DNA of 55,200 bases. Origin: a virus. Lineage: Duplodnaviria; Caudoviricetes. The translations under genes were made by a program, and so were the position numbers. The stretch covers positions 1 through 55,200 of IMG/VR virus record IMGVR_UViG_3300031355_000002; one strand, written 5' to 3'. Below the pieces are notes generated by a model. That model had not been told where the DNA came from and did not search any database. It worked only from the letters and a program-made list of their open reading frames with translations. This document shows positions 44,697-54,029 of the stretch, in pieces (position 1 is the first letter of the stretch; each line of letters opens with the position of its first letter).

Positions 44697-47528
44697 ATGA
44701 AAACACTCATCCAATTCATCAGGGAAACGATCGACCCAAAGGAGTACTACAAGAGCATCTTCCCAGAGATAAGTTGGGGAGGTGCAACTGAAGCTAGGGT
44801 CATCTCGCCGTGGACTGCGGAGAAAGATCCGAGCCTATCAGTAAACGGACAGACTGGAGCTTGGTACTCTTTCTCTGCCGATGATGAGTTTGGTGGAAAG
44901 TCGATAGTCTCATTCCATGCGAAATATCACGAATGCTCACAGAGTGATGCAGCAAAGCAGTTGTTCCAGCAATTCATCCATCCGACAGTTGACGAGCGGG
45001 CTATCCGTCGATGGGAACGAAGCCTCAATGGAACGCCCAGCGCGAAGAAATACCTCCGTGGCAGCAGACTAATCAGCCACAAGATACTAAAGCGATACCA
45101 GATTGGTTGGAACGGTAACCGATTCACTGTCCCAGTCAGAAATGAGTGGGGTATATGCGTGAATGTCAAGCTGTACGATCCACTAGCAAAGAAGCGCGGC
45201 CTACCCAAGATGCTCAACTATCACAAGGACGATGAGCCCAGGAAGTTTGGAACACCGCCGATGATCTTCCCGCTTCCTGTGTTGATAGGCTGCGAGGGTT
45301 TCATAGTCGTCTGTGAGGGTGAATGGGACGCGCTCGCATTGCTGTCCATCGGTATTCCGGCTGTAACGAGTACAGCGGGAAGCAAGTCGTGGCCAGATCA
45401 GTACACCCATCTATTCAAAGGGTTGGACGTTGTCATTGCATACGACAACGATAGTGCAGGGGAGAAGCACAGTAAGAAGTACGTGTTGAAGCACCTACTC
45501 AATGTTGCAAAATCAGTGAAGCAAATTAAGATTCCAAAGGTGTATGGCAAAGACGTTACCGACTGGATCCTCAACAAGAAGCTGATGCGCAAAGCTAAAT
45601 TCTGGGAGCGAGAATTCAAGAGGGCCAAACTGCTGGTGGAGAATCCTGAAGAATCACCAGACAACCCTGACGTAATAGATGTTCCATTGAACTACGCTAG
45701 CGAGGCTCAGTACTTTATGAAACGAGTGAGAGTCAATGCACTAGTGAGTGGCAAGGATACTGCACCCTATATGTTGCCCGCTAAGTTCAGAGTGACCTGC
45801 CAGCAGAACTGTGATGAGTGCAGATTAGCGGAAGAGGAATTCGTTGAGCGTACAATTGATCCAAAGACTCCACTAGTGTTGAACCTAACAGACGCGAATC
45901 AGGCATCCACTAGGAAACTAATGCTCGGGCTAGCGGGCATACAACCGAGGCCACACTGTAGTGCGAAGATAGACGTAGTCCAGACATTCAACGTTGAGCA
46001 GGTCTTGCTGATTCCGACGCTCGACAACACCAATGGTCAGTACGTGATGAGATCCGCATATTACGTAGGCCACGGTCTAGCAGCTAACCGATCATACCGA
46101 CTTGAAGGGATGACGCTTCCACATCCGAAAGATCAGCACACGACACACCTCTTTGACACTGCGCACCCACTGCAAGGTGAGATCGAGACGTTTGAGATGA
46201 GCAAAGACATCAAGAAGCAGCTCAACAGATTCAAACCTGGTAAGTTGAAGCCATTAGCGAAGCTCATGTCACTGGCAGAATGGCAATCAAGAAACATCAC
46301 GAAGATTCATGAGCGTCCTGACCTCCACGTTGCCGTGGATCTAGCGTTTCATTCGGTGAGAGCATTCAATTTCAACGGCGAGTTCATCAATCGTGGAATG
46401 CTCGACATACTCGTCCTCGGTGATACTCGGTGTGGGAAGGGCTACGTCACAGAACGACTCACACGATACTATGGCCTTGGTGACGTTGCCTCGGGAGAGA
46501 ACTGCACATTCGCCGGACTTGTTGGAGGTTTACAGCAAGTCGGGAGCAGATGGTTGGTGACTTGGGGTGTCATCCCGCTCAACAACAATCGCTTAGTGGT
46601 GATAGATGAAACGTCGTCACTCAGTGAAGAAGAGATCGGCCATATGAGTCGAGTAAGAAGCGAAGGTGTCGCAGAGATCAGCAAGATCATTAAGGAATCG
46701 ACACAGGCTAATACTCGACTCATATGGTTGAGTAATCCGCGGAGTGGTAGGCCGATCATGAGCTACAACGCAGGAGTAGAAGCCATCAAGGAACTAGTGG
46801 GAGCCAACGAAGATATCAGCCGTTTTGACTTCGCACTGACTGTAGCGACTGATGAGGTTCCAAGTGAGATCATAAACGCGCCGGCAGATAACAGCATCAA
46901 AGATGCCGACCTGTATCCAAAGGATATTTGCAGGTCACTTGTGCTCTGGGCGTGGTCGAGAGACCCTGACCAGATCGAGTTTAGCAGTGGCGCTACAAAG
47001 ATGATCATTAAGGAAGCTATAAATTTCGGCCACTCATACTCTCCAACAATACCTCTAATCCAGTCGGAGAACATTCGTATCAAGCTGGCCAAGATCTCTG
47101 CAGCCATCGCTGCAAGGCTGTTCAGCTGCGACAAAACTGGCGAGAAGCTCATCATCCGATCAACCCACGTCCGGTGCGCGTGTGAGTTTCTGAAGATGAT
47201 ATACTCCAAGGCGAGCATGAGCTATCACACATTCAGCCGATCCGCCCAGGCCATCTCCAAGATTAAGGATCCGTCAAGCATATTCGCCAATCTTGGCGCA
47301 CAGAGACGTGCAGCCATGGGTGGACTGCTTGAGATTCATCAAATCACTCCCGACAGTCTAGCTGACTTTACGGGAGATACAGTGTTGGCGAAATCGCTCA
47401 TTGGTGAGCTCGTTCGTCTGCGCTGTATATCAAGGATCGAGAAGAGCAACTGGTACTTGAAGAACGCAGCATTTAGCTCGTGGCTCCGGGACCAGATGCG
47501 AAAGGGCAGGAGGAGTAAGCATGGCTGA
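44697..47528 (+). CDS. Primase-helicase: DnaG-like TOPRIM fused to MCM-type AAA+ helicase
   Basis: VCEGEWD, AYDND.AG; DILVLGDTRCGKG, TFAGL.GG, VVIDE, SNP, SRFD; start adjusted to MKTLIQ. Confidence 0.85.
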   Translation: MKTLIQFIRETIDPKEYYKSIFPEISWGGATEARVISPWTAEKDPSLSVNGQTGAWYSFSADDEFGGKSIVSFHAKYHECSQSDAAKQLFQQFIHPTVDERAIRRWERSLNGTPSAKKYLRGSRLISHKILKRYQIGWNGNRFTVPVRNEWGICVNVKLYDPLAKKRGLPKMLNYHKDDEPRKFGTPPMIFPLPVLIGCEGFIVVCEGEWDALALLSIGIPAVTSTAGSKSWPDQYTHLFKGLDVVIAYDNDSAGEKHSKKYVLKHLLNVAKSVKQIKIPKVYGKDVTDWILNKKLMRKAKFWEREFKRAKLLVENPEESPDNPDVIDVPLNYASEAQYFMKRVRVNALVSGKDTAPYMLPAKFRVTCQQNCDECRLAEEEFVERTIDPKTPLVLNLTDANQASTRKLMLGLAGIQPRPHCSAKIDVVQTFNVEQVLLIPTLDNTNGQYVMRSAYYVGHGLAANRSYRLEGMTLPHPKDQHTTHLFDTAHPLQGEIETFEMSKDIKKQLNRFKPGKLKPLAKLMSLAEWQSRNITKIHERPDLHVAVDLAFHSVRAFNFNGEFINRGMLDILVLGDTRCGKGYVTERLTRYYGLGDVASGENCTFAGLVGGLQQVGSRWLVTWGVIPLNNNRLVVIDETSSLSEEEIGHMSRVRSEGVAEISKIIKESTQANTRLIWLSNPRSGRPIMSYNAGVEAIKELVGANEDISRFDFALTVATDEVPSEIINAPADNSIKDADLYPKDICRSLVLWAWSRDPDQIEFSSGATKMIIKEAINFGHSYSPTIPLIQSENIRIKLAKISAAIAARLFSCDKTGEKLIIRSTHVRCACEFLKMIYSKASMSYHTFSRSAQAISKIKDPSSIFANLGAQRRAAMGGLLEIHQITPDSLADFTGDTVLAKSLIGELVRLRCISRIEKSNWYLKNAAFSSWLRDQMRKGRRSKHG

Positions 47529-47979
47529 GAAACTCATTCACTTCCCGGAAGATGTTCATCGGGTACTAACACTGATGGAGGCACACAAAGCCCCAAAGAC
47601 TATCCAGGGATTTGACTTGATCTGTCGGGAGGCAGATCAGCTTAGACTGGGATTGCTAAACAATGTCAACCGCTCAAGCGAAGACTGGAAAACACGGTTT
47701 CTGCTGATTGGCCATGCCGCACTTAGCATCGTCATTGAGTGGAACGCCTTCGCCTTTGCTGAGCTGCTGCTTAAGAAGCATACGCTGTACGGAATCAAGC
47801 CGCTCCTGTTATGGCGAGAGCTGGGTGTCTGTGTTCGATTAACCAACAAGATCGAGCGCATGAAGAATATGATGGCAGACCCGAGTGCAGACACTCAGGG
47901 TGAATCTTGGAACGACACACTCTCAGACATAGTGGGGTACTGTGTGCTGGGGTGGTGGTTGAAAGAGAAAGGGTACTAG
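47521..47979 (+). CDS. Nucleotide-modification-associated domain 1 (DUF1599-like, all-alpha NTP-PPase fold)
   Basis: KKH..YG...GV.VRL.NK.ER..N...ES..DTL.DIVGY. Confidence 0.75.
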   Translation: MAEKLIHFPEDVHRVLTLMEAHKAPKTIQGFDLICREADQLRLGLLNNVNRSSEDWKTRFLLIGHAALSIVIEWNAFAFAELLLKKHTLYGIKPLLLWRELGVCVRLTNKIERMKNMMADPSADTQGESWNDTLSDIVGYCVLGWWLKEKGY

Positions 47980-47980
47980 G

Positions 47981-48649
47981 ATGAACATTGACGACGTAGC
48001 AATGGACTCTATTGTAATGCCGGAGGGTAGTGTGATAGCGGCTATCTTCGAGCATCAGCACGACCTGACGATGAAGTACAAGGACATCGAAAAGAAGAAC
48101 GGCGCGAACTTTCCAGTGCCTCCCTGGAACATCGATGACAAGTTTGTCCAGTGGAGACTGAAGGATCTGTTCTGGCGCGTCACCGAAGAACTCGCAGAAG
48201 CACTCGACGGTGGCGGCTTCCGTGGTATGGCCAACTGGGAGAAGCGTTGGAATGATGATGCTGATGTCCGACACTTCTTCGAGGAACTAGCTGATGCGCT
48301 CCACTTCCTGGTTGAAGCATCACTAGTGGGTGGGCTCGAACCCGTAGACATTCAGGAGTACTGGGAGGCTGACATCGATGCTGGTGGGTCGACATCAAGC
48401 TCGGATATTCAGAAGAGCTGTGCCGATATCGTCTGGGCCATCGGCCTCGCAGCCAATTGCCTCAAGAACAAACCATGGAAACTGACTCAGATGCCAACCG
48501 ACAAACCGGCATTCAATCGACACATGATGGATGCATGGTGTGAATTTATCGACCTCTGGGAGGGGTTGGGCTGCTCCCAAGAATTCGTTTACAAACTCTA
48601 CTTCCGCAAGAACGCAGTGAATCAGTTCCGACAGAGGAGCAACTACTAA
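47981..48649 (+). CDS. All-alpha dNTP pyrophosphatase (dimeric dUTPase/dCTPase-like)
   Basis: EELAEA, EELADALHF, KNKPWK, YFRKN.VN.FRQ..NY. Confidence 0.85.
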   Translation: MNIDDVAMDSIVMPEGSVIAAIFEHQHDLTMKYKDIEKKNGANFPVPPWNIDDKFVQWRLKDLFWRVTEELAEALDGGGFRGMANWEKRWNDDADVRHFFEELADALHFLVEASLVGGLEPVDIQEYWEADIDAGGSTSSSDIQKSCADIVWAIGLAANCLKNKPWKLTQMPTDKPAFNRHMMDAWCEFIDLWEGLGCSQEFVYKLYFRKNAVNQFRQRSNY

Positions 48650-49497
48650 TGTCCTTAGAGATCCATGGCAAAGACATAACCCGAGTAGTGAATGCAGCAC
48701 TGCGCCACCACTTGGAGACTCCTCAACCAGACGCAGTGTTGAGCATAGAGACTCATATGTTCAATGTTACACTTGCTGCTGACTCCTGTGAGTATTCGTT
48801 GGACCTCGGTAAGCATGTTTGGTTGAACAAGTCAAGATGGACCAGGTTAATTAGGGAATATGTCTCTGCGGAAGATATCTGGCGGTTCCTTCGGCAGGCC
48901 ACGGAGATCTATAAGGGCACGGCGAGAAAAGGCGCAACTGCAAATATGCTCTTCAAAGACCCAGTGAGGTACGAGAAGAAGCATCGTTGGGGTGGATGCC
49001 TCATGGGCGCCACCTTCCGTGGAGAAGAAGGTAATCACCCCACCATTACCTTCTTCTCCCGGACAACATACATGGGCTACATGGGATTGCTGGATGCAGG
49101 CATAGCTCATATCATGGCGCAATACATAGCCAAAGACTTGGATGATTTGTCGGGGATCGGGTTCCGATGGCACATCACGAGTCAGCAACTTCATTGTTTC
49201 AAGACTATACCGTACATCTTCAGTCAGAAAGACCTAATAAAAGATCTGGAGAAGTACGCCAAGAAGACAGATGCCTGGTGTAAGAAACACCTCACTCCAA
49301 CGTGGAGATATATGACAAAGTGGTACAAGAAGATTCAAGAGGCATACGAAGAGCACGGCGTCAAGATGCTCAACAAAGAGAAATATGGTCCATTCCGCAG
49401 GATCAAGCGAAGGTGGCTCGAGTACAAGAGATACCTAAAGAAGAACATCCCGCCATCTTTGCTCATCTCCAACCTCGACTTTAACAAGGCGCTTTGA
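48649..49497 (+). CDS. Divergent thymidylate-synthase-fold protein
   Basis: GGC-x20-R spacing, FFSRTTYMGYMGLLD, WHITSQQLH align to the TS catalytic core; context. Confidence 0.55.
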   Translation: MSLEIHGKDITRVVNAALRHHLETPQPDAVLSIETHMFNVTLAADSCEYSLDLGKHVWLNKSRWTRLIREYVSAEDIWRFLRQATEIYKGTARKGATANMLFKDPVRYEKKHRWGGCLMGATFRGEEGNHPTITFFSRTTYMGYMGLLDAGIAHIMAQYIAKDLDDLSGIGFRWHITSQQLHCFKTIPYIFSQKDLIKDLEKYAKKTDAWCKKHLTPTWRYMTKWYKKIQEAYEEHGVKMLNKEKYGPFRRIKRRWLEYKRYLKKNIPPSLLISNLDFNKAL

Positions 49498-49498
49498 C

Positions 49499-50035
49499 AT
49501 GAGCAAGAAAAGCAGACTCCGGAAGAAGCGGAACGAGAAGTGCAGGAAGTGCAATCTGTACAAGTCTACAGTGAATCGCTGCGTGATGGGTCGTGGGGAC
49601 ACTAACTCACCCATCATGCTGATCGGAGAGGCCCCAGGTCAAGCTGAGTCAGAGACCGGCAAACCTTTCATGGGTCGAGCGGGTAGACTTCTTAATGAGA
49701 TTCTGGTTTATATCGGAATCGACCCGTACATTACGAACTTCTGCAAGTGTCGACCTCCCGAGAATCGGACACCCGAGTTCAAAGAGCTTCGGAGATGCTT
49801 CACATACTTAGAGTCAGAGATCAAGATCATCAAGCCACGAGTCATTCTGATCATGGGCAAGACGGTAGCTAAGAAAGCGAAGTTTTCCAAGCAGCGGCTG
49901 ACAGGCAAGCCCTTCTCGTGGTATGATTCAATTGCCAGGATTACGGTACATCCTGCATATGTATTGAGGAACCGAACCAAGAAACCAATCTTAGTGGAAG
50001 CCCTAGAGTGGGCCAAGAGGGAGGCGACGAAATGA
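49499..50035 (+). CDS. udg: Uracil-DNA glycosylase, family 4
   Basis: C..C.L, IGEAPG..E...G.PF.GRAG, KCRPP.NRTP, HPAY.LR. Confidence 0.95.
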   Translation: MSKKSRLRKKRNEKCRKCNLYKSTVNRCVMGRGDTNSPIMLIGEAPGQAESETGKPFMGRAGRLLNEILVYIGIDPYITNFCKCRPPENRTPEFKELRRCFTYLESEIKIIKPRVILIMGKTVAKKAKFSKQRLTGKPFSWYDSIARITVHPAYVLRNRTKKPILVEALEWAKREATK

Positions 50036-50802
50036 GGATCTACACGAATGCACTCGAGGCGGTCAAAGAAGTCGAGCGTGACCTGTGGGAGATGGGGATC
50101 AGCGTTCATCCTCAGACGATGCAAGACAAAGACGTAGCCGACGATGAAGACTACGAGACGAAAGAAGTCAGGGGTTATGGCTTCCAGATTGTTGACGCTG
50201 CCTGGGACAAAGTTGTAGAGAACGCAGTCATCGAGCATATCCTTCCCAGAGAACAGTGGGAAGCAGTTAACGAATACATCTCTTTGGAGTACAAAGACCG
50301 CATCGGTACCGTCCAGCTGAACCCAGGTGGGTCATGGAAGGCACGCTCACAGATATGGAACGAGTTCATGCACGATGGGAAGTTTGCATATACCTATTCT
50401 GAGCGCATGGCTCCACAACTCTCTCGCATCATCAAAGAGCTGAAAGAACGGCCAGGTACGCGACAGGCCATCATAAACATCCATTCTAACATTCGTGGAT
50501 GCTGCGAGCCGGAATCGAGCGTGACGATCTGCGCGGATGCAGACCTCAATAATATGGGAGGACATGCACGAATTCCGTGCTCGATGTATTACCAGCTTAT
50601 GATTCGTGAGAATAAGCTAGACCTCATCTACACAATGCGTTCGTGTGATTTCCTGGTCCACTTCCCGGTAGACATCATGCTGGCTATGAGGCTGCAGACC
50701 TATGTGGCGAAGTGGCTCAGTCTTGGGGTGGGGTTATTCACCTATTTCACCGGTTCGCTTCACGCATACGTCAAGGACATGAGGGTGCGTGGCATCTTCT
50801 AA
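50032..50802 (+). CDS. Thymidylate-synthase-family enzyme, predicted dCMP-specific (hydroxymethylase/methylase-like)
   Basis: YTYSER, TRQA, IPC, MRSCD, GSLHAY; Asp at the Asn177-equivalent position. Confidence 0.85.
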   Translation: MRIYTNALEAVKEVERDLWEMGISVHPQTMQDKDVADDEDYETKEVRGYGFQIVDAAWDKVVENAVIEHILPREQWEAVNEYISLEYKDRIGTVQLNPGGSWKARSQIWNEFMHDGKFAYTYSERMAPQLSRIIKELKERPGTRQAIINIHSNIRGCCEPESSVTICADADLNNMGGHARIPCSMYYQLMIRENKLDLIYTMRSCDFLVHFPVDIMLAMRLQTYVAKWLSLGVGLFTYFTGSLHAYVKDMRVRGIF

Positions 50803-50919
50803 CAGATGTGCATGGAAGGGCGATGGCAAAACGGCAGTCCGTAGAGAGTACGGTGACTGATATCGCTGCTACCGAAGGCGACAGCGACCATTGCCCGACT
50901 ATGCTGAAAGGAACAGACG

Positions 50920-51189
50920 ATGACGGAGACAATCACGCCGAAGTCCATCGGAAACCTGGTACGAGAGTACAGGTATAGGATGAGAATTAGCACAACAGAG
51001 CTGGCCAAGCGTGTTGGAATTTCACAGGCTCAGGTATCGCGCCTAGAGAATGGTCAGCAAGGGTTCAGGTCTGGAACACTCATTCGACTTGCAATTGTCC
51101 TCGGAGTGAAGCCATGGGTATTCTTTATGACATCTACTGAACGTCTCGCCGCAGAGAAGGCCAAGGGACTCAAGATAGAGAGCAAATGA
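50920..51189 (+). CDS. XRE-family HTH regulator
   Basis: ISTTELAKRVGISQAQVSRLENG. Confidence 0.9.
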   Translation: MTETITPKSIGNLVREYRYRMRISTTELAKRVGISQAQVSRLENGQQGFRSGTLIRLAIVLGVKPWVFFMTSTERLAAEKAKGLKIESK

Positions 51190-51539
51190 TGAGCAAGAAA
51201 AAATCACCACCAAGGTGCCCATGGGTCGGAGCCAAATTCCACGGGTTCAAACATCCGGAAGAGCTGCATGTCTTTCGGAGACTGATGTCTGCGAACTCAG
51301 CTCTTCCTCAGAAACAGCTAGAGCAGTCAGCTCCTGATAAAGACCTTAATGGTAGAATCTCGCATCCAGAACCAACAACTACTACTTCAGCGAGGTTGCT
51401 ATCGCTAATAGACTGGGGCGTAATAAAAAGAAGAAGAGAAGGGAAGTACTTCGTCTATTGGGTCCCATTTACTACAAAGGCGTACATGAACCATAAGTAT
51501 CGCAACAGGAAGGTCCCATGGAATGAGCCGACCTACTAG
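51186..51539 (+). CDS. Winged-helix (ArsR-like) DNA-binding protein
   Basis: TTSARLLSLIDWGVIKRRREGKYFVY. Confidence 0.65.
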   Translation: MMSKKKSPPRCPWVGAKFHGFKHPEELHVFRRLMSANSALPQKQLEQSAPDKDLNGRISHPEPTTTTSARLLSLIDWGVIKRRREGKYFVYWVPFTTKAYMNHKYRNRKVPWNEPTY

Positions 51540-51945
51540 AGAGCAGATTCACATCACCACAGCCAAGATGTGGGCATTAAGATCTGTATGTAAGCGACTG
51601 AAGGTCGGTGCAGTCATTACTGACCTCTCTATGCGCCGCGTCCTTGCTGTGGGGTACAATGGTCCAGCTAGCGGGCTAGACCATGAGCGGTGCAATACCG
51701 AGGAAGGTAACTGTGGCTGCCTCCACGCAGAGTGCAATGCAATTGCGCGAGTTGACAATACGCTTCCTGGCAAGATAATATTCGTGACCATCTCTCCGTG
51801 TGTGATGTGTGCTCAGATGATCATCCAAGCCGGGATTACCAAGGTCTACTACGTGGATGAGTACAGGGATAGGGAAGGGCTATGGCTACTAGAGCGATGT
51901 CACGTCGAAGTCGAAAGAATACCAGAACGTCTGGTCCTAACCTAA
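51523..51945 (+). CDS. dCMP deaminase family protein
   Basis: S.C.R.KVGAVI, GYNG, HAECNAI, SPC.MC. Confidence 0.92.
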   Translation: MSRPTREQIHITTAKMWALRSVCKRLKVGAVITDLSMRRVLAVGYNGPASGLDHERCNTEEGNCGCLHAECNAIARVDNTLPGKIIFVTISPCVMCAQMIIQAGITKVYYVDEYRDREGLWLLERCHVEVERIPERLVLT

Positions 51946-53912
51946 GTGGCAAATACGTTGCTCTTGACGTTGAGACGACGGGGCTTGACCCATACCATGG
52001 AGCCAGGATATTCTGCTGGGCCTACTACACCGAGAAGGGTGAGTGGGGGTTCATGTTCAAGACCCCGCGGAACCTGGCATGGATTGAGCGTCTACTCAAC
52101 GATCCCGACAAGACAGTCATCTTCCACAACGCCAAGTTTGACCTCAAGATGTTCAGCTTCGAAGGCATCAACATATACTCGCTGAAGTGTCGCGTTGAGT
52201 GTACCCTTATCATGTCCAAGCTATGGGATGAGAATGGCCAGCACAACCTCCGCTATCTGTCGATACGCTATCTTGACAGAGACACCACAGACAAAGACGA
52301 AGTCGAAGGCTGGTGCAAGAGGAACAAGCGCAGGTTCGTCAAAGAGAAGGGCCGAGAGCCCAACTTCAAAGACGCGCCGAAGAAGATGGTGAAGCGCAGG
52401 TGTGTGTGGGATGTGGAGTCAACACTCAAGCTCTACGCCTTCCTGAAGCCTCGAATCAACAAGACCTGTGCATCACTGTATGAAACCGAAAGGCAGCTCA
52501 TTTTCGTCACCATCGACATGGAAAACACCGGTGTGATGGTTGACATTACGAGAGCCAAGAAGCTCAGGCGAAAAGCTCTCGTAGACCTCAGGAAGATCCA
52601 CGATGACCTCAACCGTATGATCTGCCCGCTGACGGTTCAAAAGAAAAAGAAGGGTGAGTACGTCGAAGTAACCATAGACGACTTCAACCCAAACAGCAGT
52701 TCCATACAGCTTCCCGCTGCGTTCAACAAAGTTGGCATTGAGCTCAAGTACAAAACGAAACCCAAGAAGGGTAGGAAGGGTGGATCGAAGACGGGAGGCG
52801 GGAACTGGTCGTTCGATGAGTATGCCATGGTTCGATACGTATCCAAACCACTGGCGTCCATCATACGTGACTCTGGAGAAGAGGGCTGGGAAACTGATCG
52901 ATGGTACAAAGCTCTTAAGACAGCCATCAAGAAACACTCGCTTAAGAAGCGAGAGCTTCTCCCTCCACTCATCCTCAAGTATCGTGAACTGTCCAAGATG
53001 GTCAGCACGTACTACGACCACATCATAGATGACGCAGTAAAAGTGCACAAGACACCGAGTGGCCGCGAGATCGGGGTGCTGCACTGCAACTTCAATCAGA
53101 GCGAGGCGATGACGGGTCGCTTCAGTTGCAGCAAGCCAAACCTCCAGAACATCCCACGTATCCTCGGTCCGCGTGAGTGCTTCATCCCGAGAGTCGGTCG
53201 TAAGAACTGGCACCTCGACTATGCTCAAGTTGAGATGCGTATGTTCTGCCACTTCTCGAAGGACAAGAAGATGGCAGCTGCAATCGATAAGGATATCCAT
53301 CTCGCTGTCGCTTGCGAGATATACGACAAGGCCGAGAAGAAGATATCTAAGGAACAGCGGAAGCGAGCTAAGGGTGTTAACTTCGGCATCATCTATGGGT
53401 CTGGTGCAGCAACGATGTCTGAGACGCTCACCAAGAAGGGCCTTCCGACTTCGAAGATGGAAGCAGCAACGCTGGTTGCGAGCTACCACCGCAAGTTCCC
53501 GTCTGTAAGACAGATAACAAATGAGTTTAAGGTGCAGCTGCATAGAGATGGATATGTACCCAATCCATTCGGTCGTCGATATCACGTCCCGACCAAGGTC
53601 GGATACAAGCTACTCAACTACATGTGCCAGGGGACATCAGCAGATATCATGAAGAAAGCAATGGTAGAGGCTTGGCTCTGGCTTAGGGAAAACGGGTTCA
53701 AGACTAAAATCATAATGACAGTACACGATGAGATAGTGTATGAGGTCCCCCCAGCTGAGGCGAAGAAAGTGATTCCCAAGCTACTTGAGATCATGGAAGA
53801 TCTAAAGGGATTCTTCGTACCAATCACGGTCGAAGCTGAGGTTGCACCGAAGCGTTGGAGTGCGAAGAAAAAACCTGAAGAAGTAGGCTGCAAGTGGGTG
53901 AAGAATGCCTAA
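51882..53912 (+). CDS. polA: Family A DNA polymerase (3'-5' exonuclease + polymerase domains)
   Basis: DVETTG, HNAKFD, TGRFS...PNLQNIP, DYAQVEMR, RKRAKGVNFGIIYG, QGTSAD, VHDE. Confidence 0.97.
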   Translation: MATRAMSRRSRKNTRTSGPNLSGKYVALDVETTGLDPYHGARIFCWAYYTEKGEWGFMFKTPRNLAWIERLLNDPDKTVIFHNAKFDLKMFSFEGINIYSLKCRVECTLIMSKLWDENGQHNLRYLSIRYLDRDTTDKDEVEGWCKRNKRRFVKEKGREPNFKDAPKKMVKRRCVWDVESTLKLYAFLKPRINKTCASLYETERQLIFVTIDMENTGVMVDITRAKKLRRKALVDLRKIHDDLNRMICPLTVQKKKKGEYVEVTIDDFNPNSSSIQLPAAFNKVGIELKYKTKPKKGRKGGSKTGGGNWSFDEYAMVRYVSKPLASIIRDSGEEGWETDRWYKALKTAIKKHSLKKRELLPPLILKYRELSKMVSTYYDHIIDDAVKVHKTPSGREIGVLHCNFNQSEAMTGRFSCSKPNLQNIPRILGPRECFIPRVGRKNWHLDYAQVEMRMFCHFSKDKKMAAAIDKDIHLAVACEIYDKAEKKISKEQRKRAKGVNFGIIYGSGAATMSETLTKKGLPTSKMEAATLVASYHRKFPSVRQITNEFKVQLHRDGYVPNPFGRRYHVPTKVGYKLLNYMCQGTSADIMKKAMVEAWLWLRENGFKTKIIMTVHDEIVYEVPPAEAKKVIPKLLEIMEDLKGFFVPITVEAEVAPKRWSAKKKPEEVGCKWVKNA

Positions 53913-53919
53913 TATGGTA

Positions 53920-53993
53920 ACTCGCGATGGCGGGGAACCTCGGTTCTGGGGTTGCCTTGCTCCGCCGGGGTTTCCTGGCCATCATCTGTGAGT
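53920..53993 (+). promoter_or_regulatory. Long imperfect RNA hairpin between polA and the next gene
   Basis: actcgc/gtgagt, gatgg/ccatc, cggggaacctcgg/ccggggtttcctg, with G:U pairs. Confidence 0.55.
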
Positions 53994-54029
53994 CTTGACG
54001 TTTGGGGATCCATTTCAAGGAGGTGTTCC

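Noticed and set aside
50032-50802. Ordinary thyA
   Set aside because: Asp replaces the dUMP-specifying Asn177, so the symbol was withheld
47981-51945. Uracil-substituted genome
   Set aside because: The phage encodes a UDG with intact motifs and a dUTPase-like enzyme
52473-53585. Long antisense or alternate-frame ORFs (also 1600-2646, 31528-32388, 40748-41488)
   Set aside because: They shadow well-supported genes and have no recognisable motifs; expected from codon bias
53920-53993. tRNA gene
   Set aside because: No T-loop GTTCRA, D-arm or cloverleaf; folds as a long hairpin
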